A DNA stretch of 51,723 bases from Octopus bimaculoides (GCF_001194135.2 NC_068983.1:30137161-30188883); one strand, 5' to 3'; numbered from the stretch's first letter, positions 21,268 to 34,656 are shown. Notes: generated by a model not told the origin, from the sequence alone. Translations and numbers: made by a program.

Positions 21268-21632
21268 TTGAGGCGCAATGGCCCAGTGGTTAGGGGAGCG
21301 GACTCGCGGTCATAGGATCGCGGTTTCGATTCCCAGACCGGGCGTTGTGAGTGTTTATTGAGCGAAAACACCTAAAGCTCCAGAAGGCTCCGGCAGAGGA
21401 TGGTGGCGAACCCTGCTGTACTCTTCCACCACAACTTTCTCTCACTTTTACTTCCTGTTTCTGTTGTGCCTGTAATTCGAAGGGTCAGCCTTGTCACACT
21501 GTGTGACGTTAAGGGTACACGTGTCTGTGGAGTGCTCAGCCACTTGCACGTTAATTTCACGAGCAGGCTCTTCCGTCGATCGGATCAACTGGAACCCTCG
21601 ACATCGTAAGCGACGGAGTGCCAACAACAACA
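21268..21632 (+). mobile_element. Family-C tRNA-derived SINE with (CAA)n tail, 13-bp TSD
   Basis: A-box TGGCCCAGTGG, B-box GGTTTCGATTCC. TSD ATACACCCATGCG at 21255-21267 and 21633-21645. Confidence 0.92.
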
Positions 21633-22039
21633 ATACACCCATGCGCACAAACACATACACACACACATAAAGCAATAGATATGTATATAATGTAATTAAA
21701 TATATTATAATGTGTGTGTGTGTGTGCGCGCGCGTTTGAAATATTGATTGTATTGTGATGCCATAAACAAACATACACACATTCATGGATAGAGGCAATT
21801 TTTTTAAAAGTCGACATGGTTAGATGACACCACCCTGACACACTTTGCAACTATGGATGGACGGAGAGATGGAAGCCTGTATGGAGGAGTGAATGTATGG
21901 ATGGATTGAGAAAGTAGTAATGGCATAGATCGATCGCGATTGAATGAATGAAATTAAGGTCGGACAAATGAATTGATGGGATGGATAAATGGAACAAGAT
22001 GAAATCGATGGATTAGAATTTGATGATCGGATAAAGATG

Positions 22040-22215
22040 GGTGAACAGATTAAGGTGAGAATGGACGGATTAAGGTGGGAATGAATGAATTTAGGTGGGA
22101 ATGGATGGTTTAAGGTGAAAATAGACGGATTATGATGAAATGGACGGATTAAGATGAGATTGGACGGATTAAAGTGGGATGGATTAATATGGGATGAACG
22201 GATTACGATGGAATG
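22040..22215 (+). repeat. Degenerate ~20-bp minisatellite (ATGGACGGATTAAGGTGGGA)
   Basis: About 8 diverged tandem units within a larger GGAT-rich tract (21850-22420). Confidence 0.8.
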
Positions 22216-23149
22216 GGTGGATGGATTTATGAACTGATTGAACTTATATATAGATGGATTGAGATTGATGGATCAATGGATATGGTTTGATTGAAATGGA
22301 GGGATTAAGATGGGTATGGATTGAAATCATTTGATGTAAATGACTCGCTGCATATGGATATATGAATCGATGGATCGATGGGTATGGTTAGATAAGGAGG
22401 GATGGATTGTTGGACAGATAAACAGACAAGTAGAGATAAGCAAATAAGCAAGAGACAAATAGGTAGAAAAATATATGAATATGTGTAAATGTGAATGTGT
22501 GTGCGTGTATGTTGTATGTGTGTGTGTGTGTTGTGTGTTGTGTGTGCGTGTGTAATATTTCAATAAAGTTAGTAAAATATCTCAATGCTGCCTTGATTAT
22601 GCGAAAAAGGATGTCTATAAATCCCGGTCTGGTGTTTGATGTACCACTGAAGATATAAAAGAAAAGACCAGAAAGAACGGCCTGTTTATAAGAAGCACGA
22701 TAAAAAAAAAAATGACATCATAATAGAATGTATCAAATTTTGCACCCACCAAAAAATAGCAAAGAAATTAAAACGAAACAGAACAAAACAAAATAAAGCA
22801 TTTTACCAAATCTATAATCCCACTTCTGTATTGAAAACTAAGAATTAACATGACGTCATAATAGAATATTCCGCATATTATATAATATACTGCAAAATGT
22901 CTGGATTCGTGAAGTTATTGGAAGTCATGAGCTAGTTTAAAAAAATGTTTATTGACGAAAGGAACTTAGAAGTTATTATCCAATAACTTCTAAGTTTTGG
23001 GCGTTGCCTCAAATTATTTCTGAGGGTGGGCAACAATCGATGAAATCGACTCCATTATTGAATTATGAGAGAGCTCCAACTGTCTGCTATACTGATTACT
23101 TTTGGACTGAGTTTAAAACCCTGCTGCCGTATAATTCTTTCTACTACTG

Positions 23150-23500
23150 CAGTAGTTCTCAACCGGGGTCCGTATGACTTCTGGGCGTCCATATAAGATT
23201 TTTTGGGGATCCACACTACAAAATAGTAAATTAGGGACCCACAATAGTATTTTAAAGGCACCTAACAAAATTTTGCTTTAGATGTATGTATTGGTTTGTA
23301 TTTCATCAAACAGCTAAGTTTCTTTCTTTAACATTTTACATAATTCAACCTACACAAGTTAATGTGTGAAAAACCAAAATATGAATTTTGAAAGAAGTTT
23401 CTACAAAACTAGTTTTTAAGCATCGAATAACTATAGGGGTCCACCAGAATAACATAGTAACCAAAGGGGCCCATAGATAAAAAATGGTTCAGAAAACCTG
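23150..23500 (+). mobile_element. hAT (Charlie-like) MITE
   Basis: CAGTAGTTCTCAACC left TIR and degenerate GGTTCAGAAAACCTG right TIR. An inverted homologous copy lies at 47748-48099. Confidence 0.75.
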
Positions 23501-23626
23501 CACTATAGGAACAAGGCCTCAAACCTTGGGTTAGTAGGACAAGTCGATTGCATCTACCCAATGCTTCACTGGCACTTATTTTATCGACCCCGATATAGTC
23601 AAATCATCATGAGGTAGTCATCTAAC

Positions 23627-23629
<3 letters not shown>

Positions 23630-23658
<29 letters not shown>

Positions 23659-23994
23659 ATCTTCTTGTCCCCCCTCCTCCTCCTCCTCATCATCACCATC
23701 GTCATCATTTTCTTGTCCTCCTCCTCGTCCTCCTCCTTTTTCTTCTCGTCATTGCTGTTCTTTCTTTCTTTCTTTCTTTCTTATTTCCTTTTTCTTTTTC
23801 TTTCCGACTTTCTATCTTCCCTTTTCGTTCTTTTCTTTCTTTCTCCCCCCCTTTCTTTTCTCTTCGTTTTCCCCTGACAGTCTCTCCTACTTATGTTCAG
23901 CTATTTTTACATTTCCTTTTACTGTTCCTCAAATTTTTGAAGTCGTCACAAATACTTGTTCCTCCATCATCTATCTATCTATCTGTCTACCTGC

Positions 23995-24054
<60 letters not shown>

Positions 24055-24129
24055 TTATCTGTCTACCTGCCTGTCTGTCTATCTGTCTGTCTGCTTGTCT
24101 GTATGTATGCCTGTCCGTCTGTCCGTTTG

Positions 24130-24169
<40 letters not shown>
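23630..24169 (+). repeat. CCT/CTT low-complexity tract followed by (TCTA)n/(TCTG)n
   Basis: Directly visible. Runs into a gap. Confidence 0.9.
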
Positions 24170-24907
24170 NNNNNNNNNNNNNNNNNNNNNNNNNNNNNNN
24201 NNNNNNNNNNNNNNNNNNNNNNNNNNNNNNNNNNNNNNNNNNNNNNNNNNNNNNNNNNNNNNNNNNNNNNNNNNNNNNNNNNNNNNNNNNNNNNNNNNNN
24301 NNNNNNNNNNNNNNNNNNNNNNNNNNNNNNNNNNNNNNNNNNNNNNNNNNNNNNNNNNNNNNNNNNNNNNNNNNNNNNNNNNNNNNNNNNNNNNNNNNNN
24401 NNNNNNNNNNNNNNNNNNNNNNNNNNNNNNNNNNNNNNNNNNNNNNNNNNNNNNNNNNNNNNNNNNNNNNNNNNNNNNNNNNNNNNNNNNNNNNNNNNNN
24501 NNNNNNNNNNNNNNNNNNNNNNNNNNNNNNNNNNNNNNNNNNNNNNNNNNNNNNNNNNNNNNNNNNNNNNNNNNNNNNNNNNNNNNNNNNNNNNNNNNNN
24601 NNNNNNNNNNNNNNNNNNNNNNNNNNNNNNNNNNNNNNNNNNNNNNNNNNNNNNNNNNNNNNNNNNNNNNNNNNNNNNNNNNNNNNNNNNNNNNNNNNNN
24701 NNNNNNNNNNNNNNNNNNNNNNNNNNNNNNNNNNNNNNNNNNNNNNNNNNNNNNNNNNNNNNNNNNNNNNNNNNNNNNNNNNNNNNNNNNNNNNNNNNNN
24801 NNNNNNNNNNNNNNNNNNNNNNNNNNNNNNNNNNNNNNNNNNNNNNNNNNNNNNNNNNNNNNNNNNNNNNNNNNNNNNNNNNNNNNNNNNNNNNNNNNNN
24901 NNNNNNN
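24170..24907. other. Assembly gap (N)
   Basis: 738 N. Confidence 1.
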
Positions 24908-24946
<39 letters not shown>

Positions 24947-25239
24947 TATATATATGATATACGTATATATGCTTTCATACGTATCTGTATTTCTCTACGT
25001 ACCATTCTGTATTTATCTCTCTCTTTCCTGTTTCACCTCTCCCTGCCTCTCTTTATTTCTTCACGTCTCCCAATTACAGGTAAACCAACTTTTGCTGTTC
25101 CTCTCGTCTACCCGGAATCCACCCTTCTGTCACATTCCATTCAAAGTGCCAAAACACACACAAACTTACAATAGTATCAGTTTTTCTCAGACAAATCTTG
25201 CTTTGTAACGTGAATTTATTTTCTTTGTTATTTATTATC

Positions 25240-25866
<627 letters not shown>

Positions 25867-26700
25867 NNNNNNNNNNNNNNNNNNNNNNNNNNNNNNNNNN
25901 NNNNNNNNNNNNNNNNNNNNNNNNNNNNNNNNNNNNNNNNNNNNNNNNNNNNNNNNNNNNNNNNNNNNNNNNNNNNNNNNNNNNNNNNNNNNNNNNNNNN
26001 NNNNNNNNNNNNNNNNNNNNNNNNNNNNNNNNNNNNNNNNNNNNNNNNNNNNNNNNNNNNNNNNNNNNNNNNNNNNNNNNNNNNNNNNNNNNNNNNNNNN
26101 NNNNNNNNNNNNNNNNNNNNNNNNNNNNNNNNNNNNNNNNNNNNNNNNNNNNNNNNNNNNNNNNNNNNNNNNNNNNNNNNNNNNNNNNNNNNNNNNNNNN
26201 NNNNNNNNNNNNNNNNNNNNNNNNNNNNNNNNNNNNNNNNNNNNNNNNNNNNNNNNNNNNNNNNNNNNNNNNNNNNNNNNNNNNNNNNNNNNNNNNNNNN
26301 NNNNNNNNNNNNNNNNNNNNNNNNNNNNNNNNNNNNNNNNNNNNNNNNNNNNNNNNNNNNNNNNNNNNNNNNNNNNNNNNNNNNNNNNNNNNNNNNNNNN
26401 NNNNNNNNNNNNNNNNNNNNNNNNNNNNNNNNNNNNNNNNNNNNNNNNNNNNNNNNNNNNNNNNNNNNNNNNNNNNNNNNNNNNNNNNNNNNNNNNNNNN
26501 NNNNNNNNNNNNNNNNNNNNNNNNNNNNNNNNNNNNNNNNNNNNNNNNNNNNNNNNNNNNNNNNNNNNNNNNNNNNNNNNNNNNNNNNNNNNNNNNNNNN
26601 NNNNNNNNNNNNNNNNNNNNNNNNNNNNNNNNNNNNNNNNNNNNNNNNNNNNNNNNNNNNNNNNNNNNNNNNNNNNNNNNNNNNNNNNNNNNNNNNNNNN
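25867..26700. other. Assembly gap (N)
   Basis: 834 N. Confidence 1.
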
Positions 26701-26887
26701 GTGTATATATATATATTTGTTTTGCAAGATTTTTTATGTGAAATCGTGTGTTGAAACAGATGTTGTTGTACTTGGGGATGGTCATATTGCCAGTTTAGCC
26801 AATAAAAACACACGCACTGTATATTTGGTGTTAATTTTTTTTTTTTTCAGCTTTATATTACATTAATCTTAATCTTAATCTTATTTC

Positions 26888-26932
26888 GGCCAGAGTTCTT
26901 TCGTCACACTTCTGTGACCTCATCAGTGGTCC
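26888..26932 (-). ncRNA. Type I hammerhead ribozyme, second family
   Basis: Minus strand reads CCA-CTGATGA-G-GTCAC(AGAAGT)GTGAC-GAAA-G(AA)C-TC-TGG. Core intact, 5-bp stem II, 2-bp stem III, stem I CCA/TGG, CUC triplet. Confidence 0.65.
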
Positions 26933-26996
26933 TTTGTTTCCTTCTTTCTTATGTGTGTCTCACCTTGCTAACTATCAGCCATTTTGTATTTTTTTG

Positions 26997-27027
<31 letters not shown>

Positions 27028-28439
27028 ATATAAAGTCAAAATAAGCAACAAGGATATCCAAAGTTAATGCAGTACGATCGTTTCATGCGACTCCATTTAA
27101 TTAAGCATTGTGAACATTGCATCAAATATAAAATGCAGAGCAATCCTCAGCTGCACAAAGATATAGAAATTTAGTGTAATTACATTTAAACAGAAGGGCA
27201 TTTTTATAACCACATCTAAACTCTCCAAGAAGAAAGGAAGAATACAAAAAAACCATTTTGACTTAGCCAGACCATACAGGCTAGTAAATAGTTCTAAGCA
27301 GATTTTTAACTGTCGCTGATTTTATTTGTTTTTTTTTGTTTCTGATTTGTGGACTATCTTATCAGACCTAGTGAGTCAAAGCTTAAGCGGAAGAGGACAC
27401 TGACATTTTCTTTGTAGGGTAAGAGATAAACAGTATAGACAGTAAACATGGATGATATAGTTATAAAATTTCTTAGGGTTTGGTGACAAATTACTATGGG
27501 GGGGGGTTTACTACTTGCAAACCAGTTTATAATGGAACAGGGGAAGTATTATCATAAGGCACCTAGCTCAAAACGTATATAAAATAAAGTTGCTATATTG
27601 TATGCAGATACAGTAAATGGTTATTCATAGTTTTCATTAATCAGAATAATATATCAGTATTCTGTTGTGTCTGGGGAGAGTCATTTTCTTATTGTGCCTT
27701 AAAATTTAACACACTCACCGTTAAAATTTCACTTATTTCTTATTTTTATTTTCCTAAAATTTTCGTTGCGTCTTGCAACCTTTTCAATAGTCTTGACTCT
27801 CAGTATTGTTTTACATAAGCTAAATTTGAAATACTTGAGATACCAATATTTGCCTTAAAGATATATACGTATATAAATCTTACAAATATATACGCAGACA
27901 CGCGCGCACGCACATACACATACAAATAAAATTCTTACATTGTGATGATGATAGTGATGTTCTTGATGATGTCGACGAAGACGATGATGATGATGAATCT
28001 GTTAACACCAAGTAGTAAATAAGTGAATTAAAAAAAAAAAAAATAAACGAATAAATTTGTAGTGTTGCTTCAGAATAAATTACTAAAAAAAAACTTGTTT
28101 TAAGTTGAATAAATTCGTGCTGTGCCAACTCCTTTCCTTCTTAATTGTGTAATTCGAACTGGTGCACATGTGCCGTGTGCCATATATAAAGAGGACGCTT
28201 GTCAGAGAAGGAAGGGATGCATAACCGAATCACAGCCAAATGCAAACTGATCTCTCTTGCTATGGCTGTCCACACTAGGGCTGTGAAATTCCCCTTGCTG
28301 AAGATTGTCTGATAACACCAAATATATGTCTAAGAGAATCGCTGATACAAAACCAGAACACGAAATATCTAAAATCGCTATGTGGTGCATCAAACCACCA
28401 CCTGGTTGAGATTTTTATGTGTCCATTGTCCTAAAGTAG

Positions 28440-28575
28440 TGAAGGCGTGTGGCCTAGTGGTTAGGGCGTTGCGCTCACGATCACAAGATCATGATTTCGA
28501 TTCCCGGACTAGGTGATATGTTGTGTCTTCGAGCAAGATATTTTATTTCATGTTGGTCTGTAATTACTTTGACAT
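28440..28575 (+). mobile_element. Family-C SINE, degenerate 5' part
   Basis: GAAGGCGTGTGGCCTAGTGGTTAGGG head, TTTCGATTCCCGG, TGTGTCTTCGAGCAAGATATTTT. Confidence 0.75.
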
Positions 28576-28750
28576 CAATTCTAAACGTCAACTTTTTAAT
28601 GTCTCTTCTACTTTTTCCTAACTACCATACTTACCGAGAACATCGATTAAAACTTTTTCTAATGCAATTCCTCTTTCTTCTGCCATTAACACAACCAGTT
28701 GCTCACACACCTTACAGTTTCTCATTCAAACTATATAATACGCAGAATTG

Positions 28751-28979
28751 CGGCGAGCTGGTAGAATCGTTAGCGCGACGGGCGAAATGCTTAGCGGTAT
28801 TTCGTCTGCCGTTACGTTCTGAGTTCAAATTCCGCCGAGGTTGACTTTGCCTTTCATCCTTTCGGGGTCGATAAATTAAGTATCAGTTACGCACTGGGGT
28901 CGATGTAATCGACTTTATCCCTTTGTCTGTCCTTGTTTGTCCCCTCTATGTTTAGCCCCTTGTGGGCAATAAAGAAATA
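28751..28979 (+). mobile_element. Family-A SINE, full length, young
   Basis: Near-consensus sequence. AGAATTG is repeated at 28744 and 28980. Confidence 0.92.
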
Positions 28980-29935
28980 AGAATTGTAGCATTAATACAG
29001 TAGGGGTGTTTTGAGGGAGATTTGCCTGTTATTTCTACCAGGTCTACCTACCATGTAGAGGTCTGAACTTCTTTTCCATTTACAGATTTGCATTTCAAAC
29101 ATTTAACATAATCTTTTCCATAAATCAACTATCATAAAAATTTTCTACCATGACCTCACATTTTCTATGTATGTGTGTGTACCTTAAAAGACGTGTGGTA
29201 CACTGTGCATCTGTTCAGACAACGTCGTTTTGATGGGGGGAGTGAGCTACTGTATGGGACATACATTTGATCACTATAAACAAATCATTTGTGCAGGTCG
29301 TTCATAAGATATTACAGAACCCTCATTTATTGTCTACAAGAGAGTTCACTATCCTAAAGGGTCTTACAGGACACCAACACTTCAATGTCCTCATGTACTA
29401 TTATTAGGTTGTTAGCACAATGTTGAGTTCTTTTATCTTTCTGATAGGTCTTGTTCTCGCCCTGCTGGGTTTCTAACAACCTTCTTCATCATGCTGGCTG
29501 ACCTGTTTGGAGGTCCTGGTTTAGTGCTTGACGACCGAACTAAGTATCAGATTATACTGGATTACATGTTACCAGTATCACACAGAACAACCAAATGTAT
29601 CATAATACACACACATGGGACACACACGTGTGAGTATGTCACTGGCCATGTTCATGATTTATGTTTTCCTACACCGGTGTAAACAAATGTGTCGAGCTGC
29701 GTTCCTTTATGTCAAAAGCATAATTTAGCGATTTGATAGAGATCAATAAAATAAATCACTTTTAAGTTATTCCTACATTTTCTATAGAATTTCGAGCCAG
29801 TACTGAAAGTTGCGATGCGACGTTTCATATCGAAAATCTGTAGAGATGACTTAAAAGTGATTAAATCGCACTGCTAACACAAAAAGTAGGACACAATACT
29901 TACTTATGAACTTTTAATATACTTGGTAGTGTAAG

Positions 29936-30807
29936 GGTAGTGAGCTGGCAGAATCGTTAGCACGCCGGGCGAAATGCTTAGCGGTATTTCGTCTGCCGCT
30001 ACGTTCTGAGTTCAAATTCCGCCGAGGTCGACTTTGCCTTTCATCCTTTCGGGGGTCGATTAAATAAGTACCAGTTATGCACCGGGGTAGATATAATCGA
30101 CTTAATCCGTTTGTCTGTCCTTGTTTGTCCCCTCTGTGTGTAGCCCCTTGTAAGCAGTAAAGAAATAAGAATCGTTAGCATTCCAGGCAAAATGCTTAGC
30201 AGTATTTCGTCTGTCTTTACGTTCTGAGTTCAAATTCGGCCGAGGTCGACTTTGTCTTTCATCCTTTCGGGGTCGATTAAATAAGTACCAGTTACGCACC
30301 AGTGCATAACTGGTATATATATATAATCGACTTAATCCGTTTATCTGTCCTTATTTATCCCCTCTGTGTGTAGCCCCTTGTGGGCAGTAAAGAAATAAGA
30401 ATCATTAGCATGCCAGGCAAAATGCTTAGCGACATTTCGTCCGTCTTTACGTTCTGAGTTCAAATTCTACCGAGGTCGACTTTGCCCTTCCGGGGTCGAT
30501 GAAATTAGTTCCATTTGAGCACTGGGGTCGATGTAATCGATTTATCCTCTCTCTCTCCCTAACTAGCTGGCCTAGTGCCAAAATTTGGCATAAGAGCAGC
30601 GAACTGGCAGAGTCGTTAGTATGCCAAGCAAAATGCTTAGCAGCATTTCGTCTATTATTACGCTCTGAGTTCAAATTCTGTTGAGGTCGACTTTGCCTCT
30701 CATCCTTTCGGGGGTCAATGAAATTAATACCACTTGGCACTTGGGTGGATCTAATCGACTTATACCCTCCCCGAATTTGCTAGCTTTGTGCCAAAATTTG
30801 GCACCAA
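29936..30807 (+). mobile_element. Head-to-tail array of four family-A SINE units
   Basis: Units start at about 29936, 30169, 30399 and 30595. Confidence 0.9.
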
Positions 30808-32131
30808 TATACTTGGAAGTATATTATGGTTGCAAAAAAACTAAAACAAAACGCAATACGGTGTCCTTACCACTAGCAATTACTAAAAATAATACTCACT
30901 GGTGTCGATATGATCCATGAAAACGATACTCCAGCATGGCCACAGTCCAGTGATTGAGACTAGTAAAAGAAAGTAAAAAAAAGAGAAATGTTTTTACATT
31001 TTGTTATTTTTTTCTATCAAAATATGAGAAAAAAAAAGGACAAAGCGACTGAGAGATGGCAATCTTCTCACAACCAGCAGCAAGATAAATATCCCGTAGT
31101 AAAAGTTTCTTTCTTAAAACTTTTAACAAAAGAAGATTAAAATCAATCATGGTGAAAGCTTTAGTATGTTGGAAAGATTTCTATATGAACAACGCCTCAA
31201 TTACAATGTTGTTCTCTTGAGTTTAGATTTTTCTGTTCGGGTTAAAGAGGAATAAATTGTTTGTTATCTCAAATTCTTCATGCTTGATTATAAGAAACAC
31301 CTTTCTCGTATAATGGCTCTGGTAATACTGTCTGGAGCAATCTAAAAGAATTAACATGGACATAATTCCAGAAACAGTTTATCTAATTCTCAGTTAAAAG
31401 ATATCTGTTAGATTTTCCAGACTAACGTATAAATAGTAATGACGATTCGTGCGAAAATAAATATTTGAAAGATAATATAAGCATAAAGCAAGTTTTAGAC
31501 GTTTATTGAGATTATTGCAACGAAGTTTGTAAATCTATAGACTTCAAGAAGAAACCGTAGAACCGCTAGTTTACATTCACCTGTTCAAATATCTGCCAAC
31601 TTGAAGAGAATTAAAGTGGTAGTTTGCCTATGAAAACATGTTGCTGTTTATATTCATCTAGAGTGGCATTTACAAAATAAATTTTCGATTCGAACTAAGA
31701 ATTATATAGTTCCTTGGCAATGATGGAATTTCTATTTCTTTCATTTCTATCTTGGATGTTTCATGGGAATATAAAATCGGCACCGGTACTTGACTGGCAC
31801 TTTGTTTTATCGAAGAGTCAAAATTTGAACTCAGAACCTAGAGGGCACCAGTAACTAAATACCACAAAATATTTTCTCCGACGAATTAACTATCATCACA
31901 ATACAATTTTTTCTCTGAGATCTCATCCTGGATAGAAATAGAGTTACAGATCCTATTTATATAAAGCAACAGCTGTTGTTCTTGCTGTTGTTGTTGTTGT
32001 TATTAACCTTAAATTAACCCTTATACAGCAAACATATGATGAAAACTCTTTCGACTGTGACCATATTGCTTTGTTTTAAAACCCAATCATAGTATATGTA
32101 GGTCTATATTTTAAAGTAAAATCTACATATA

Positions 32132-32481
32132 CATTATTTACATTATTTACATTCGACGGATATTTGTCCTCATCTTGTTTATTGTTAATACAACGTTTCG
32201 GCTGATATACCCTCCAGCCTTCTTCAGGTGTCTTGAGGAAATTTCGAACCTGGGTTCTCATTCCTAAGGCATTTTTCGAGGTATCCTAAGGTATTCCTAA
32301 GATATCGAAAAATGCCTTAGGAATGAGAACCCAGGTTCGAAATTTCCCCAAGACACCTGAAGAAGGCTGGAGGGTATATCAGCCGAAACGTTGTATTAAC
32401 AACAAACAAGATGAGGATAAATACCCGTCGAATGTAAATAATGTACAGAATTCCTCATCTCTTAAATATAGAACTGTAATT
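32132..32481. mobile_element. Palindromic fold-back insertion of the PLE-related hammerhead tail (P2, no tRNA head)
   Basis: 10-bp TSD TCTACATATA at 32122-32131 and 32482-32491. Inverted arms 32132-32279 and 32305-32478. Confidence 0.9.
32352..32397 (+). ncRNA. Type I hammerhead ribozyme (CTGAAGA variant); mirror copy at 32187-32232 on the minus strand
   Basis: gACAC-CTGAAGA-A-GGCTG...CAGCC-GAAAC-GTT-GTAT, with one mismatch in stem I. Confidence 0.65.
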
Positions 32482-32722
32482 TCTACATATATTCTATAGA
32501 ATTAAGAGCCTGCACTGAAAACTACGGCGTTTCGTATACGAATACGTTTATGTAAACAATGCGATCAAAGACAGAAAAATAGGTAACGGGTGTATATTCA
32601 TATTTTAGGAGTTATTGCTCCTTCTTCAGTACCACATCCAACTCATTCATCATCCACGAACTCATTGCCGCTAAATATAGCGGTGCAACACTATTGGATA
32701 TACCAATTTTATATATTAAACA

Positions 32723-32950
32723 CTGCTGCCACATATGTGGCTTTCCGGCAGCAACTCTCCCCAGCCAGGGTTTGACTACAGTCTCCACCAGCTTTACGTA
32801 GCTGTCCGATTTGAGCGCAAAGCCCTGTTCAAAGGTGTGGGGAGGTATGACGTCACCCTCACTGGAGACACACCCAACTGCTGTGTCCCTTCCTACTGAC
32901 CACGGTTTTGTAGTCTCCGTTGCAGCTGTCCACGACCGGGCTTACAAACC
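32723..32950 (-). mobile_element. Tc1/mariner-superfamily transposase fragment (DD37D/maT-like)
   Basis: Minus strand encodes GCVSSEGDVIPPHTFEQGFALKSDSYVKLVETVVKPWLGRVAAGKPHMWQQ, typical of the region before the second catalytic Asp (WQQDxA). Subfamily assignment is from recall. Confidence 0.75.
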
Positions 32951-33170
32951 TTTACAGTGTTCACAGAGCACTGAACAGCAGTCATGATGTTGGCATTTTG
33001 ATACTGGCATTATGAATCAAGTAATTCTTTCCCACTATTCAGATAGCTTTCAGTCCTCCATGTTAGCTAATTTTTTCTCAACTACACCTTTAATGCTTAT
33101 GCTTTCCAACGCCGTTGACAGTTTACCAACACAGGAGGTTGTTTCTGAAAAGAGGAGATATAAGGAATCG

Positions 33171-33180
33171 NNNNNNNNNN
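33171..33180. other. Assembly gap (N)
   Basis: 10 N. Confidence 1.
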
Positions 33181-33226
<46 letters not shown>

Positions 33227-34062
33227 GCGTGTATATATTTATTTATTTCTGCGGTTTGAAAAAGCAGGGCTGTGTATCATCGGAGATAAAGTTGTCATCG
33301 CTTTGAATATCATTTGAAATAACTTATGGATTCCCTATGACAACGTCTCGTTAACCCCCCGGCGTTTTACAACAGCCCAAGATATCAAAATAAATATAGT
33401 ATCTAGCAGTTAGTCTTGCCCCGTGTATGTTCTCTTCTAAAATTTGATGTTGGAGATTCATTACTGAAAAACTCAGATATATTGATAGCAACTTACACTT
33501 GTCCTACGTGAAACTGATCTCGTTAGCTCTTATCATCTGATCAGAGCTGTTAGATATATTGCTTGTCGTGTCAAATTATGCGTTCATGTTTGGCAGTTTC
33601 TGCCATGTTCTGCTTCTATTTTCAACCCTTTCAAAGATAATGCCACTCAATTTATCTTCACTTGTTTATCAAAGTCAGGATTATCGGGACACGTTACAAA
33701 CATGGGAACTGGCGAGATCGGCAAATTCCAGATAAGGCAGTATGAAAATTTTTATAATTCAGTTTGCTTACTTGAAACCACGAAGATGAACAAGAAATGG
33801 ATACAACACACAAATAGCATTGCATATATTATTGTAGTTGTTGTTTTGACTGAGACCAGGCCTGATCGAGAAGACTTATAATCAAAGGCATTCCATGAAT
33901 GACCATCCCATATTTTTCATATTTAGAACTACATGGCTTTACGCGCGTTCTCTTTTCCTTTCTCAAGATGATAAAGAGTGATTTATGGAAGATTTGGTTG
34001 TTATTTCCAACATGAAGAGTAACACTGTGGAGCAGAGTGTTAAGAATAAGACGACCAATAAT

Positions 34063-34656
34063 NNNNNNNNNNNNNNNNNNNNNNNNNNNNNNNNNNNNNN
34101 NNNNNNNNNNNNNNNNNNNNNNNNNNNNNNNNNNNNNNNNNNNNNNNNNNNNNNNNNNNNNNNNNNNNNNNNNNNNNNNNNNNNNNNNNNNNNNNNNNNN
34201 NNNNNNNNNNNNNNNNNNNNNNNNNNNNNNNNNNNNNNNNNNNNNNNNNNNNNNNNNNNNNNNNNNNNNNNNNNNNNNNNNNNNNNNNNNNNNNNNNNNN
34301 NNNNNNNNNNNNNNNNNNNNNNNNNNNNNNNNNNNNNNNNNNNNNNNNNNNNNNNNNNNNNNNNNNNNNNNNNNNNNNNNNNNNNNNNNNNNNNNNNNNN
34401 NNNNNNNNNNNNNNNNNNNNNNNNNNNNNNNNNNNNNNNNNNNNNNNNNNNNNNNNNNNNNNNNNNNNNNNNNNNNNNNNNNNNNNNNNNNNNNNNNNNN
34501 NNNNNNNNNNNNNNNNNNNNNNNNNNNNNNNNNNNNNNNNNNNNNNNNNNNNNNNNNNNNNNNNNNNNNNNNNNNNNNNNNNNNNNNNNNNNNNNNNNNN
34601 NNNNNNNNNNNNNNNNNNNNNNNNNNNNNNNNNNNNNNNNNNNNNNNNNNNNNNNN
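34063..34656. other. Assembly gap (N)
   Basis: 594 N. Confidence 1.

Noticed and set aside
28183-28300. TATATAAAG followed by a 31-codon ORF
   Set aside because: TATA-like words are abundant in this AT-rich DNA. The ORF is short and unrecognisable, and no downstream gene is supported.
29936-30807. CRISPR-like repeat-spacer array
   Set aside because: The units are ~200-230-bp SINE copies with no unique spacers, and the context is eukaryotic with no cas genes.
32728-32855. 14-bp palindrome GCCACATATGTGGC and CRE TGACGTCA as an enhancer
   Set aside because: Both lie inside the minus-strand transposase remnant (KPHMWQ and GDVI codons).
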